A stretch of 64,000 nt of DNA from Ptychomitrium polyphyllum (Eukaryota). The stretch covers positions 9,114,001 to 9,178,000 of the forward strand of contig OZ316775.1 in the NCBI GenBank assembly GCA_973851085.1, given 5' to 3'. Positions 41,240-55,574 of this stretch are shown here, in pieces. The notes under the pieces are model-generated. The model saw only the letters and a list, made by a program, of their open reading frames with translations, ran no database searches and was not told the DNA's origin. Made by a program: the position numbers and the translations under genes. Numbering within the stretch: the first letter of the stretch is position 1; every line of letters begins with the position of its first letter.

Positions 41240-43954
41240 ACATTCAATGTAAAAGCTCCAGTGGATTGCCAATGTTGGTAAATACTCCACGGATAGCAGC
41301 GAAATATTATCCTTTTAAATAGTCACACCTTGGCTTGGACTGGATCGATTCATGTCGGACAGAAAGAACTCATTTTCTCTCTCGAACTTCTTCACAGGGT
41401 TTCTGTACCTTCAGTTACTTCGCTGTCACAATCCTCACCGCTGCTTATAGTGCCGAATGATCAGGTTGTCAAACCATTTCAGCTTGCAGGTCCTCGGTGA
41501 CTGTGATGGCAGTTAGAATTGTCGTCGTTTCTAGGTCAATTTAAAACCTGTACATCACATTCCGGGAGGAACATGTCATTTTATGTAGGTGGATTTTTTG
41601 CTGCTACAGGGATTTTGAATTGGGTGTAGAGTGGACATCTGTGGGCTCACTTTTCTTTGAACAGGTCTCGTGAAGATGAGCACGCGATACTAATCTCACA
41701 ACCAAAATTGCAACTGCGCTCGGAGATTTTTCTATCTAAGCATGATATGTGTTATCCCACTCATCCTCTTCGAGGTATTACTCTGAAACGTAAAACATTG
41801 GTGACAAACTAGAATCATTATCTGGAACGTCCAAATTCGCCTGTGCCCCACAAAAAAACGGGTCTTCAAAACTTCAAATAGTTCTTCGACATTGCAGCTA
41901 CGCCAAGCAAAATTTTCTAGTCGTCTTTCTGCAAAGTCATACACACACGGACCTTCGCGTGAATACACGTACCTTCGATATTCCGACTTCAATGAACAGC
42001 CCCACACTGTGATCCTCTCTCAAGAAGCGTGCTCTACAAATAGATACAGAAAGCCCGTATCAAGCGACCACACCAAACCCTAAAACCGTTTCACAAGAGG
42101 GAAGTAAATCATGAAAGAGCATACAAGACCCAAAAGCAGTCTCACACTCGACAAGCTCTCTGCAAGATCAGTCTAAGCTTACTCACCAGATGGAGAATCA
42201 GATCAACGACGAGCAGTCCCGAGCTACCAACTTAGAAGTGCACAGCCTGCTCCTACGAAGCAGCTTACAACCTAATCCTAAAGACAACCTCTATCAGAGT
42301 TCCCACACACGGACTCTTCCCTGCAGGTGCATGCAACTGGCAGAGCGCTTCTTCGTGTCTTTGCAATTACTCTGCTCGTCAGGTTTCGGCTCCTCAATCA
42401 AGACACCACACTCCCTCTGCTCCAGTAGGAGCTGGTTTAGCGTTGGGACGCGAGTTCTCCACATTCAGTATTCGAGTGGTACCTAGATGATACTCATGCG
42501 GTACCCATGTGACATCGTTGCTATCGTTGGCAGGTACGACCAGAAATAGACAAGAATATGTAGATGCGACTTCGAAGCTTGTCGAAACTCCTGGTGGGCG
42601 ATCATCTTGCAGATTGTCACAATCTTCTGCGACTCATTTCCTCTCCCCACTCACCACTTCTGTTTCCACTCCTCGCAGTCTGAAGGCACTCTTTTCGATC
42701 GTCAAGCTAAGTTGGTCGGAATCATTTCACCTCGATCTCAACCCGAGTCTCATGTTTGCTTTCGATCAACACTTTCTGCAAGGATCGATCGCCTGCGCCA
42801 GGTTTCATATGATCGGATTAAGTGGGGTAGAGCGGCATTGAGGATTGAGGTCCCGGGCCATTGCGAGGCGACCGAGGCCCTCGGTGCCAATCCGTCACGG
42901 GAGGTTTCAGCAGAAATTCTGTGCAGATTTGGCAGGGGAGAGGGTTTGCGTTGACGGGGGCGTCGTCATGATCCTGTGAAAGGAATCTCTCCAAAGGCAT
43001 TTGAGAGGTATGCAACATTCCAAGCTTGGGGCAAAGACGGCAGGAATGTACCAGCACGAATCCAGGCCATGTTGATACAACTTTGCTTCCCGCACTAGAT
43101 TGCTTCAGATTCTTGCAGGAATTGAGAATCTCGAATCCCACTTCAAATGAGTGACTAGGGTTTTCATGTGCCAGGTACATCAAGACCACTTCCAGCGTTG
43201 AATTTGTTTGAGGCTGTAGCCGACGAAGGCGACCAAGTGAGCAACTTGGGATTGCCTGTCTTCTATTGACATTTAAAAGTGTGGGTCAAGAACCTCGATC
43301 TGGATTTGCGCTGAGCGAGAATTGTTTTGTGGGGTGTTGTCGTTCACGTCGTCATTTGCATCGCCTCGTGTTACGGTTCGCTCATTTCTTACTCGGTTGC
43401 CCGCGTCGTGGCCCTTCGGCTGCGCCCTTCCTGTTCTCGTGAGTTTGCGAACCTGCAACCTGTTTCCTCTTTGTTCGCTGCGGATCTGTAATTGGACTGG
43501 GAGCACTGTTTTGCTGGATTTCGTTTTGTGATAGGTTCGTTGTGAGCTTTTCGTGATGTGTGGGGAGAATTCTTCGTAAGATATTGTTGGCGTGAGCTCG
43601 ATGGCATTAGAGTCTATATTTTTCAGACATCCGGAGCTCTTTTGCTTTGAGATATGAGAGATTTTTCAAGGGGCGTGTAATTCAGTGCACATTGCTTTGT
43701 TTGATCCACAATGTCTGCCTAGATCTTGCGTTGGTGCAACATAAATGTATTCTTAAATGACAAGGCATAATGGTTTTGGCGAATTTTGTTGTCAATTTGT
43801 GGAATCGTGCATGAATTGGTTGGGTCATATAACTTGACAATTGCAAGTTGCGGAATTAATATCTTGTAAGTGTTAAAACTTTGTTTTTGTGCTACATAGC
43901 AAGCAAATTTATTTCAACCTGTTTTCTTGAAGTGGTGCAGAGAGGACCAAAGCC

Positions 43955-46558
43955 ATGGACACGATTGAAGCACAGAATGCAGAGGCCTTTTTCGCAACGG
44001 CACCCCCTCTGAAGGACCGAGAAGCCATTGTTGCTAGAGTAGAACAATTTATTCGGCGTAGGTTGCCTACTGATTTGAGTGGTTGGTCCCTTGCTTACTT
44101 ACACTTGCAAGTTAAAGAGTGCTCTTTGCGGTATCAGTTCAAGTAACCACATTTGTAAAAAAATTTGCACTAAACGCATAGATAAATACGGGTCGGGACA
44201 TCATTAATGAAGCCTTTCATTGCAATTAGTTGTGCTAATTGTGTGTGTTAATTCGATGCTATTCTCGAAGCTATGTATTTGCACTGCATTAGATTATAAA
44301 TGTAGATATTCAGGCACTCATTAAATCATCAATGTTGATGAGTTGTATTGGTTTTTAAATCGGAATCTGCAGCGAATCAATCTGCAAGAACGGTTTGTAT
44401 AACATCCGGCGGGACCACAGTCCCACTTGAAAGGAAGTGTGTTCGCTTCATCGACAATTTCAGCTCTGGACATCGAGGGGCTGCCTCGACAGAGTAAGTC
44501 ATTCTCCCAACTCTATATTTATCATTTTTGCTTTATATAGCAAACCTGGCCAAAATCTTTTTGGAACAGTATTATTTAATCAAAGTTGCCGCGTACAAAT
44601 TGGACCTTGAGCAATAGATGATTTAAGTCTCAATTTTTTCCGTTTGATTGTTCGAGATCGATGAAGGGTGTGTAGCAAAAAGATTTCTGTGTTAAGTATT
44701 CGACATTCCTTACAGTCATGGTCTGATGAAGGACTAGAGCTGGTTATCTAATGTGTCCACTACAGATACTTTCTGAAGGCTGGGTATGCAGTGATTTTCA
44801 TCAATCGAAGGTGAGCCAACCTTTCTACAGATATCGGCAGTCAGTTACTTATACCTCTGGCTTTGTGAGGTACACCGTTTGTGTAGTGCATCTATATGGA
44901 AGAGATGTGCGAACACGTTGACCTAATCTCTTTACATGTTTCAGAGGATCAGCACAACCATTTTGCCGAAGTTTGCCTGAGGACCCGCTCTTGACATGTT
45001 TTGAACCAGACGGCAACAAAGGCATACAGCGTAAGCAACCACTGCCGGTGTTTTATCATGTTTGAAAGGACTGGGACAATATGGTCTCAAGTTTGGCCTT
45101 CATTGTGATTGAGAATCGGTTGTACTACATAGTTATGCAGTAATTTGACACGAACCCAATATATCTACATGTTGCACCAGAAGCATTATTCTTTACTCAT
45201 TTGGGTACTTCACTGTGTGCAGCCGCTTCAAAGCATGCAGTCATAGTGCAAGAGGCTGTTACACAGTACCACTGGGTTAGTTTGTTTCTTTTCTATACTG
45301 TGGTTCGCACATAGATAAAATGGAGTGCCATGCATCACAGATTGGTGATTGTGTGCACATAATCATTTTACAGTTATTCCTGTATCTAATTGATGTACCT
45401 CCGTGCAGGCTTTGAATGATGGATATCTTTTGCATTTGCCCTACACAACACTCTTTGAATATCTTGAGGTAAATAAGAGGTAAAACTAGTTATACTTGTG
45501 TTAGAATATTTTTTGTTTCATAATACCTGGCGTTTAGTGCATCTATGCAAATTGATGCACCGGATTCTATCTTTTGTACTAACACCAAAACAGTTGTGCT
45601 TCTTTGATACAACATTCTGCAAATTTTGTATTTTGACTGCATGGTTCGATGACAGTCAATAATAATATTCCACTGTTGAATGCAGATTCTACGAATTGTC
45701 TCACTTAGTTCACGGGAGTTGCAACGGCATTGCATGTTCTATCTTGCTGCTGCGGTGTCTGATTTTTATGTGCCCTGGAATTCTATGGTAATTTCAACTC
45801 CACTTGCATCTTTCTTCATGTTTGCAGAAGTCTTTCTAAAAGTTATATCATTATAGAAACGAGGCCTAGGATCATTATCTTGTTACATTTTACTTGAGAA
45901 TACGTTATAATTCATCTGAAATACTGTTAGTGATGCAGGTGGAGCATAAAATACAATCTGGTGTAGGACCCATGGCGATGGAGCTAGCACAAGTTCCCAA
46001 GATGTTGATGCTACTTCGTCACGTTTGGGCTCCCGAAGCATTCTGTGTCTCATTCAAGGTTTGCACAGCCTTCAAGTGAAATCAATCGCTATCAGAGGGA
46101 TAAGTATAGATGTGTCTCTTATGTTTCCAAAATTTCTTGCTTCGCTTGCTCTATCACTGGTTAGTCTCAATTTTTTGTGCTGGATCTGTACTTGGAAGGT
46201 TATTCTTATCACATTTTGGTCGTATTTGTTCAAAAAATGTGAAGACACGGACATTTCTGATTAACTAAAACATTTATTTATTTATTTTCACTCTGCTCAT
46301 TCAATGGAATATATGCAGTTAGAAACTGACATCAAGATACTGATGAAGAAGGCTGAGGCAGCACAGGAGAAATATGGGATGCATGCAGTCGTGGCAAATG
46401 AGTTGGAGACGAGAAAGCAGAAAGTTACTGTAGTGACAAGTGAGGGACAGAAATTAGTTGAGAAGGATGCTTTCCAAGCAGATGTTGAGATTCCTTTGGT
46501 CAATTTCTTGATAGCTCAACAGACCTACTATATTGAAGCAAGTGGAGAGTATGTATGA
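43955..46558 (+). CDS. PPCS: Phosphopantothenate--cysteine ligase (CoaB/PPCS); exons 43955..44081, 44373..44493, 44766..44810, 44945..45030, 45223..45275, 45409..45468, 45686..45787, 45939..46058, 46319..46558
   Basis: [73 protein letters not shown]; all junctions GT-AG. Confidence 0.96.
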
Positions 46559-47302
46559 CTAGTTTCAGCATCATTGAGACTTGTTGTTTTCGAAAGTTCG
46601 ACAATGCAACATTGATATTTGTTGGGCAAGAGGCTATAACAATGCATGCTGGATTTAGTTTATATTGAGCCCTCGGTCTGCACATCAAAATGAAGGTGTG
46701 AGCTGCGGTTCTATTCCTGCTTACATACTATGAGTCCCATCTAGAGCTGGTACCAGTAGACCACTTCCAAACCACAAATGTTGTATTAAGCGCCGACCAC
46801 AACCTTCCGTCAACGAGGTCTAATAATAACTTTCTTCTCCAACATGATGTTTGAGGGGTAGGTACCTCATGATGTAGGATCTGAAAGCTATATGGTCATT
46901 CAGAAACAACACAACTTGGTCGTGGGAGTCGTGTAGCTGCCACGGACGGCAAGCTTGACGTCAGAACATCTAATGACGATCAATTTCCAGCGAGGCTAGA
47001 CCTACTTTCCTTGGCTATTAACAACGCACAGTAAGAGGTCATGATCTATCGCTCTAGACACTGTCAACCCACGCCCGAAGCAAGACCTGAGTTTGAAACA
47101 AATTCAAACCAAAAACATCACTAAAAGCTTGAACCTGATTTCAGGTGGGCTTTGAAAAGGACGGCACTCACCAAAAATGTAGACCACAACCATCACACAT
47201 AGTAAACATAAACACAGCGTGAAACACGAAAACTGCTAAGCATTTGTAAATGTATCTTAAATAATACAAACAAAACCTGGAACATAACAGTGGCGAAATG
47301 TT

Positions 47303-49736
47303 CTAAGGTAGGTGTATCCCAGATGGTCCAGTGTTAGCAGCACCATGCTGCGCTCTTTGGGATTCCTCTTTGTACACAATTTTCAGAGCCTTCTTCGCTG
47401 CCCTCGCTCCCCTTCTCTCCTCCTTCACTGCCGCCTGTACCCACACACACCACTTTGTCACAAACTCCATCCCCCTTCCGCCTCCTCCACTCGCTCCATC
47501 GCGCTTCCACCTCCCCACACTTCACACTCCCAATCACCAGCATCCACAACCGACTCGCGGCCACACAACCACATCAACCCACTCAAACTGCCACACACGA
47601 CACCATACCACCACGTCGCACGTACCTTACGACCCTTCCGCTCCTCTGGAGTCTCCCCGGCCCTGCGCACGGCCTTTGCCTTCGTCTCGCACTCCTTTCC
47701 CGCGCCCTTCAGCACCTTCGCCCTCTCCGCCCCAGCTCGCACGGGAAGGAAATCCGTCGGCAGGCTCTGCTTCCCTCGCAGCTTGATCGTCCCGCCGCTC
47801 GCTTCTCTTTCCTCCAGCACCTTCCCCAAACTGGGCGCCCCCCGCCGCGCCTTCCCTGGGGCCGCTATCTTGCCCGGGTGGTTCTCCAGATTCGACAGCG
47901 TCGATACCACCGTCTCGCAGTCCCAATTGCTGCGCTCGTCGTCGCTCTCCACTTCTACCACCACCACCTCGTCGTCCTCCGACTCGCCGCTGCCTGCCTC
48001 TTCCTCCGCGCCTCCGCTTTGCAACCTCGCCTCCGCTATCCACTCCGTCGACCTGCTTCCCACGCTCCTCGCACCACCGCTGTTTCCTCCCTCCAACCCA
48101 CCCGTCCGTCCACCGCTCCGCCCACTCTCCACGGGCTTCGACACCGCCGCCCCGAATCCCCTCTCGATCTCGGCTGGGGTCATGTACTTGTCACCGAACA
48201 CCTTAGGGTCGCTCAAGAACTCCGACAACACGTCATCAAACTCCGCGATGTCGGCATGCCCTCTCGCTTCCGGATCCTCCTCGTCCAACTTATCTTCGTC
48301 GTCGTCATTGTACTCCCGCAAGGCCAGCTACGCGCACCGACCACACATCACTGTCAGCAACCACGGAGACTGCTCTCGTCCCATTCACTTCCAAGAAAAC
48401 ACACTGCTCAACAAACCCCCGAACCCACTCCTCGGCTCCAGCCTCGCTGGGGGACAATTGCAGACCAGCGTCCCCTCACCTCATCTCAACCTCCATCCGC
48501 ATACAACTCTGCCTCCCTCTGCAATTACGGAGACACCGACCTTTTCAAACTGCTCATCCAGAAGCCGACTCGGCCTCGGCCGCTCGTTCTCGCCCCTCAC
48601 CCCCGACCGCCCATCCTCGTCCTCGTCCTCGTTCTCGTCCTCGTCCGACAGCCCCCATTCGTCTTCGTCGCCTTCCAGCACGCTGCTCTCTAGTCCCAGA
48701 CTGCTGCCCCTTACCGCCGCGCTGCCTGCACCTCCCAACTCACCCTCCGGATTGTCGTTCGCGAACACCACAAAGTCATCCTCCAGCTCGTCCGCGGAAT
48801 CCAATTCCGAACCCCCGCTGTCGTCCAGTGCCGCAGCTACTTCCGCGTCCAGGCCATGCTCCACGTATGCGGGGCGTCGCACCTGATGCGTGCCCGACCC
48901 CACGCTCACGATGATCTTCCTGTCGTTCGCCTCCTCCACTGCTTGCACGGCCACCTTCGAAGCGTCGAACACCTGCAACCGAACATCAAGTCGACCAACG
49001 ATCACCACCCTTTTCAACCGCCACCACCACATGCAAGCATCGCACTACGGGTCACCACATGCTGCCTAGGGTGCGTGGAGTCATCGCCGCAAGCCCCTCG
49101 CCTCTGGTCTTACTGAAACCTACAAATTCGCCACAACGGACAGTCCCACCACCAATTCTCACCCCTTTGCCTATTCACCCACTCTCCACAAGGAAAACAA
49201 CCAGCCGCGCTCAATCGCACCTTCACGTCCGCGCGAAGCTTCTCCGGCTTCGGGCGACTCGTCGGCACGAAAGACCCCCCGACGCCAGACACGCCCATCT
49301 TCCGCATGTGCTGCATGTAATCGTACCCATCGTCCGGAAACCCTAACTCCACCAGCTCCACCCTCACGTGTTCCGCCAGCGGCCCCTTGAGCGCACCTCT
49401 CGACGCCGTCGACCTCCGGCTCGACCTCGACACCGCCGATCTCCTCGACCGCACGTCGTCGTCCTCGTCGGCGTCGACGAACACCGACTCCTCCTCTAAC
49501 GCCACCCCGCCCTCCTCATCGTTCGAGTCGTCATCCTCCCCCCCGTCGTCCGTCGCGTACCCGTAGTCGGGATTGGTGCGCGGGTCGTCCTCGGAGAACC
49601 CCGCCACGGGGACGAAGCCGCCGTCGACGCGGGTGAAGACGCGCGCGGAGACGTCGTCGTCGGCGCTCTGGGTGTCGCGGTGCATGAGCACGAACGTCGC
49701 CGCCTTCCTCTTGTCGATGAACTTTTTCTTCCCCAT
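47303..49736 (-). CDS. LTV1: Protein LTV1 homolog, 40S assembly factor (593 aa); exons complement(49221..49736, 48541..48972, 47626..48327, 47303..47434)
   Basis: MGKKKFIDKRKAATF.LMHR, GFPDDGYDYMQH, ELEDDFVVFAN, LLDEQFEKL, WDCETVVSTLSNLENHP, GETPEERKGRKAAVKEERR; spliced length 1782 nt in frame. Confidence 0.93.
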
Positions 49737-49944
49737 CGCGCCTGCCTACCCCTTCCCTCACGCCTCCGGCACCGCCGCCCGAGAACTCTTAACTCGCTGG
49801 TGTGCAATCGGCGATCGGGGCCTCAGCACGCATTCGACTCCGTCGTCAAGGTCTCGGCTGGGCACTCCTCTATTCTAAAAGTGGACGAGTCTCGGTAGGG
49901 GAGTGGTATTTCTGCAAAGGCTAAACTTTGGCAAGTGCAAGGGT

Positions 49945-49953
49945 TTAGGGTTT
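49945..49953. promoter_or_regulatory. Telo-box upstream of LTV1
   Basis: GGGTTTAGGGTTT ~210 bp upstream of the ATG of a ribosome-biogenesis gene. Confidence 0.45.
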
Positions 49954-50299
49954 AAGCTGGCCCCTCCATTCATCTAGGATTTTGACTTGGATGGACGAGA
50001 AAGGTGGTAATTGGTCATCAGGAGAAACGAGCGGGCTTCTACTGTACTGTTTTAAATCTAAGGGAGTTTTTTTGCAGTTGCTTGACGGTCCGGCGCGGAT
50101 GTAACTGACCATTGAGATGTGAGCAGTGAACATTGAGATGCTAGTCTTTAACTGCAATAGGTTAAAAACAATCAAATTTTCTAAATTGTGTTTCCAAAAA
50201 TCTGGAGAATATGAATAGATTAGTGAGAGAATATGTTATGAGAAGAAAAAATGAGAATGTAAAAGAAAAAGACCTAAAATTGTAGGCACATTTTCATTG

Positions 50300-51750
50300 T
50301 AAATTAAGTTGTTGGCAAAGGCAACTATAAATTGGAGTCATGCTTGTGAAAGCACTTAAACCTCAAATTTGATTACAAAAAGGAAATAACATAAGATGGA
50401 AGACCACAATTATAAAGGTTTTTAAAGCACTACAACATCAAATTCCTCAACTTGTGCAATATTGCACAATTCAAACACTTGCATCACAAAGTAGGGCTAT
50501 GCATGAAGGAATGGATGGTGTACTTTAATTTGCTGTAATACCTAAATACATATTAGAGGTGCTTACATAAGATCCACTTGCTAGACCTTCCTAAGGCTGC
50601 CATTGCCATCTTCTTGAAATTTGGGCAAGTACAAGGCAGATAGGTGGTGCGTATAACAAAATAGGTTTGCTTGGAGTTAAAAACAAGGGTGATGATGGCA
50701 CCACATCTTGGATAGGGGATGGCTATGACACCTATAATGTAGCATCCGTCCATGAGGGTAACACTTTTCTATTTGTTCCTATGGTTTGCAATTGAATTGT
50801 TATTTGTGCAACAAACCTTTTTGTTGTGTTGTTGTGTTAAATGTGCCATAGGAGCTTTAGGAATGCAAAATTCAAATCTAGAGATGGGCAAGTTGGAAAT
50901 GAACTTCAACATCTGACACAATAATATGACATTGCATTGTTGCAATTAGAACCCAGCATTTTTTAAAGCAAGTACTTCCTCTTGATTAAGGTTGATCCCA
51001 AATTTCACTAGCTAGGTAATGGAGACAAAAAGAAAGTTAGCAACATAACTTCCATATTTGGTTCTTTAAATGCAATGATGGATGTTGTTAAGACAAAAAT
51101 AAAATTCCATCCACACTTTCTTTTTTGAATGATAATCAAATTTATTACCAAAGAATGTGGAACAAGGAGTATAATAGAGGCCCTTGTTTAGGATGGTCTT
51201 GCAAGGCTATTTAATAGTAACTTGTAGTGCTTGGCAAGGCTTGCGAAAAGTCTTAAGAAACCTAACAATGTGGCACTTTATGGCATTGCAATTTCTTTAA
51301 TGAATAGTAGTCATATGAGCAAATTTATGTAGCAGATTTTGAAGACATTTTTCAATTTGTGCCTTTATTAATCTTGTGGTTGGACATAAAATGGAATAAT
51401 TTATAATATCAGGCCTATGGAAATCAAACTCCAAACTAGAGGCCACACTAAAATTCCGCTTTAATGTGACATAAATCTTAGTGTTTTGTAAATGAACTAA
51501 ATGAGTTGTGAAATTGCCATTGCTAATAATGGATATCATGGCCTCTTAGAGGATTCATACAATAGCCTTTAATTTGAAAGAAGCGTAAATTGGGCCTTTT
51601 TAAAAGAAACTACTTTTCATCCAACTTTGATAGTTGGTGACTTTGATGAAGGCTTGTATTATGTCATTGAAAGTAGCTTAGTAGATACAAATTATTATAT
51701 TTCCAAATTGCATAAGTCATGTGAGGTGAAATAATCCACCTTCATTTGCA
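50300..51750 (-). mobile_element. Degenerate SWIM zinc-finger-coding fragment, probably transposon-derived
   Basis: CTCPNF-x(~17)-CKHL (CxC...CxH) at 50553..50640, surrounded by stop-riddled, AT-drifted coding-like sequence. Confidence 0.5.
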
Positions 51751-54014
51751 GCTTATAAAATCTACACAAAATTACTTAAATAACTCTTTTTACATGATTA
51801 AAAAGAATTTGCATTTATATCATTGGCGCAATTACATTATTATTCCATTTCATCTAAATTTGAATGTTTGAATTAACTTGTTGCCAACCTAAGTCTAAAT
51901 TCATCCATTATTAAATTTTCATCCATCACTTAAATTCATTCATTCAATTCTTTTTCATGTTCATAAACCATCCATAAAAGGAAATAATGCCTAATACTTT
52001 TTAAACAATTTTCAATGTTATACCTCAACTTCAAATAATCATAATTAATTCATTCAAGCACAGATTTGAATGTTCCACATACTTTTAAGAAGATGATATC
52101 TTAAACTACCAAAATAAAATAGTGGCCTACAAATCCAAGAAGCTCAAAAGCCCTGATCTGGCTTTGCATTCAACTGGTTGAATTGCAATGAACAAACTTA
52201 ATAATGTACTATAACTTCAAAAAATCATAACTAATTTATTAAAACATGGATTTGAGCATGCCACATATTCATAGAAAGATTGTGATATATAAGAATGAAA
52301 TATCATATTCAAGATTTGAAACAACCTTAAAGGCCTAATTTAGATTTATTGCTGTGATTAGATTATAATGGTGGTTTTCCACCACTTGAGCTCTAGATCC
52401 ACGCTTTAAGTCTTCCTTTCCACACCTTGAAGCTTTAATTGGTGCTTTAAGCTCTTGATCAATGCTTCTTCATATCCAAAATCTCCTACTATCCTTCTTC
52501 AAATTTCTACACTACTCTTATCAAGAAAAATCATGGAAATAAATAAAAACAAAAAAAAATAGAATAAAGAGCCGAAGGTAAAAGGGAGGAAAAGTTAGAG
52601 TAAGAGAAGCAAGTGAGGAATGCTATCCAGAGAAGAGAGAGACAATGGCCAAATCTAAATGAAAAAAAAAAAAAAAAAAAAAAGGCCGATTTAGAATTAT
52701 AAATGGATGAAAAAAACTTCTAAATTTTTTTAATTTAGTGATTTGGCTTCAAAATTTGAAAGAGCATCAAGAATTGGTTTAGTGTAAAAAATGAAATCAT
52801 ATATATGCTCAAAAGACCAATATGGCTCAAAAGTGAGATCCTTATAATTTTTTGGTTTTTTTTTGCATTTTAATAAAAAAAATAAAATTACAAAATGCAT
52901 GATATAATTCAACTTTGATTAATGAATTACTTTAAAATTTGATAAAAGCTTTTCCATTCAAATCACAACATTATATTTACTTTTAATAATATTTTAATAA
53001 TTTTTTGAATTAGAAATTGTCCTCCATGAATCTTAAAAGTAATTGCTAGATAAATATTGAATATAAAGATTTTGATAATTCACAAACCATAGCTTTGATG
53101 GAAAAAAACTTTTAATTTGGAATCCTAATGTATTAATTAGCTCCAAAGAAGTTTTTAGAATTCTTGAAACTCTTTATGAATTCAAGTGAATTTCTAAAGC
53201 AATTTTTACTATCTTGAAAAAAAATAAAATTTAGAGAGAAATCAATTAAAAATCAATTAAATAAGAAAAAAATTTATATTAAAAAGGATTTATGGATTTT
53301 ATTTGAATTTGTTACAATTTGATTTTTGAGACATTCAAATACTAATTTTTTTATTATAATTACATAGAATTGATTAAAATATGGATCCTAAAAAGATTCA
53401 ATAAATTTTAGGTTGCTTCCATTGTATTTAAAATACAAGAATTTCCTTTGAAACCATTGCTAGCTCAATAAATTAAATATTTGATGAAGACTGAGGAAAA
53501 TTACAAAATCCTACAGGGGCTGAATTCTTAAAAAAGAGGACTAAGCAATTTTTAAATGAAAATTGATCCTTGCCAATGGTCTTTGATTATAGAATTATGC
53601 CATAAGTTAAGCTACTTGGATAGGGTGGTCATTTCTTCTTCTACAATCATCTTTGAAGATGCCCACCAATTGTAAATGATGTGGTATTTGATATCAACCT
53701 TGTCTTAAGTGCTTGCATCCTTATAGCTTTTGTAAAGTTTCTTAAATTGAAATTGTAATGAAGGAATGATGTATTTTTGAAAGTACTTGTCTAAGTTTAT
53801 TGCCCAATAATAGAGACAATTTTGCTTTGCTAAGTCAATGAAATAATGAGATCTATTGAACCATAAATTTAATAAACGTCAATCTAATTTGCTTGAATTT
53901 TGTCTACTATGAAATTTCAAAAATTGATACAAGGAATTTTATTATCCAGCATGACAAAATTAAGATTCTTTCAAAGTTGTCTTTGGAGTTTAACACTTTC
54001 AGATTGCATATTGT

Positions 54015-54133
54015 AATAAGCATTATTGGGAACCTTGCAATATTTGTTGTCGTAGATATAATATGCCATGATGCAATAAGCATTATTAGGAACCTTGCAA
54101 TATTTGTTGTCGTAGATATAATATGCCATGATG
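54015..54133. repeat. 60-bp tandem duplication
   Basis: AATAAGCATTATT(G/A)GGAACCTTGCAATATTTGTTGTCGTAGATATAATATGCCATGATG occurs twice. Confidence 0.92.
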
Positions 54134-54461
54134 GTTCACTTTTTTACACATTTGACATGATCAAATATTATCTAAGAATCTTCCATGTTTCCTTTTATCC
54201 GCATAGGGCACACAACTACCTTAAAAAGTGATAGACACCTTAAATATGAACACCTTATTTTTGCTTTGGTCTGAAAACTTATTGTCATGGACTAACTTAA
54301 AGTTGTTGTTGGCTTTTGGAACTATAATGCTATCAATAAGTTTTATAATGGACTTGCTTAATCTTTTAGAACTTGCTACAATGCTCTTTACCGTTGAAAA
54401 AAGTAAATATAATAAACTTATTCATAATAATCTTTATACATTGTTTATCTTCTTATGTAAG

Positions 54462-55574
54462 TGTCGCACACCTCTCTTTAAAGAGTGCCCAAAACACTAA
54501 GGCACAAGGGGGACCCCGGAGTGACGTCCGAGACTTGTGGCGCCGATAGTGAGGGGAACCAAGTGGGCTTAGCTTGGGAAGGACCCCTTGGGAGAGAAAC
54601 ATCCTTGCCCATGTAGACCGAAGGCCATGAGGGATAAATCGTAAGCATTGGAGGAATCACGAAGAGTTGATTCTAAAATGCTAAAGATTGCTCAAATCGG
54701 ACAAGGGAGCTCAAAGTTATGGCATCCCAAAGTTGGAGTTGCCAAGGGGCTGTTTTGGATTGTGGCAGCCCTACACAGTGACTGTACTGGACTGGGACAA
54801 TCTAGGGAGGGACTCCCCGAGAGTCTCGAACCTTGGGAGAAGCATATCTCCCAGAACACTAACACAAATAGGACGTTTGAGGAGCTTATCGGCATCTACG
54901 CAAAGAGTAGATGACGATAAAGTGGTCGCTTGATAGATTTGGGCATTAGACGTGGAAGATATGGCTTCTTGAAGGTCCGTAGGGAGTTCCGGAGGCTTCC
55001 AGCAGCTAAGTCCCAAGGGAGATTGGGTGGTCTTCCAAAACTTTGGGTGTGTTGGGGTTCAGCCAACTACAGAGGGCCAGGGGGCCTGCCAAATCCCACA
55101 GAGAGTACTATAGGGGAGAGCTAGTCCCTCTTCTCACTCCCCTAGTGTTCCAATAGGAACCAAGGATGAGTCCCGGTTGGTGAAGCTAGTGTTGGGGCTT
55201 CACCACGAGAACTCCCATACCATTGTGAGCCGGTGGATGGCCGGTTTCACGGAGGGGACTAGTACGTTTAAAAATGCTCGTTTGTTACCACTAAGTTGGA
55301 GTGGTGTCTTCACGCCGGCACCATAATGGTCCGAGGTGATCTTAGGATCGCATGGGGATCATGAGTGGTGGTGAGGAGACATTGCTAAGTGCGGTTAGGC
55401 CGTGTAGAATGGGAGTAACATCAAGTGAGGCCTTGGACATGAATGGAAGTCCGTACCTAATCATTGGCTACCAATCAATTGGGTGTCCTAAGGAAAATGG
55501 TGAAGGAACTTGGAGAGTGAGAATGGGGGTTAATCATGTGCATGTAGGGATGTACAAGGTTGACGCGCGTGACG
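54462..55574. mobile_element. GC-richer LTR-like insertion of a third family (probable solo LTR)
   Basis: Sharp compositional boundaries; TGTCGCAC...GCGTGACG imperfect inverted termini; no credible ORF; no TSD found. Confidence 0.45.

Noticed and set aside
47312..48886. 524-aa and 412-aa plus-strand ORFs
   Set aside because: Ser/Pro-rich antisense shadows of the GC-rich LTV1 exons.
16069..49736. AK6/Fap7 and LTV1 (both late 40S maturation factors) as a functional gene cluster
   Set aside because: They are 30 kb apart with unrelated genes between them; two genes are compatible with chance.
53500..54460. Possible LINE reverse transcriptase remnant
   Set aside because: Only a vague RQG-like motif; too decayed to support a call.
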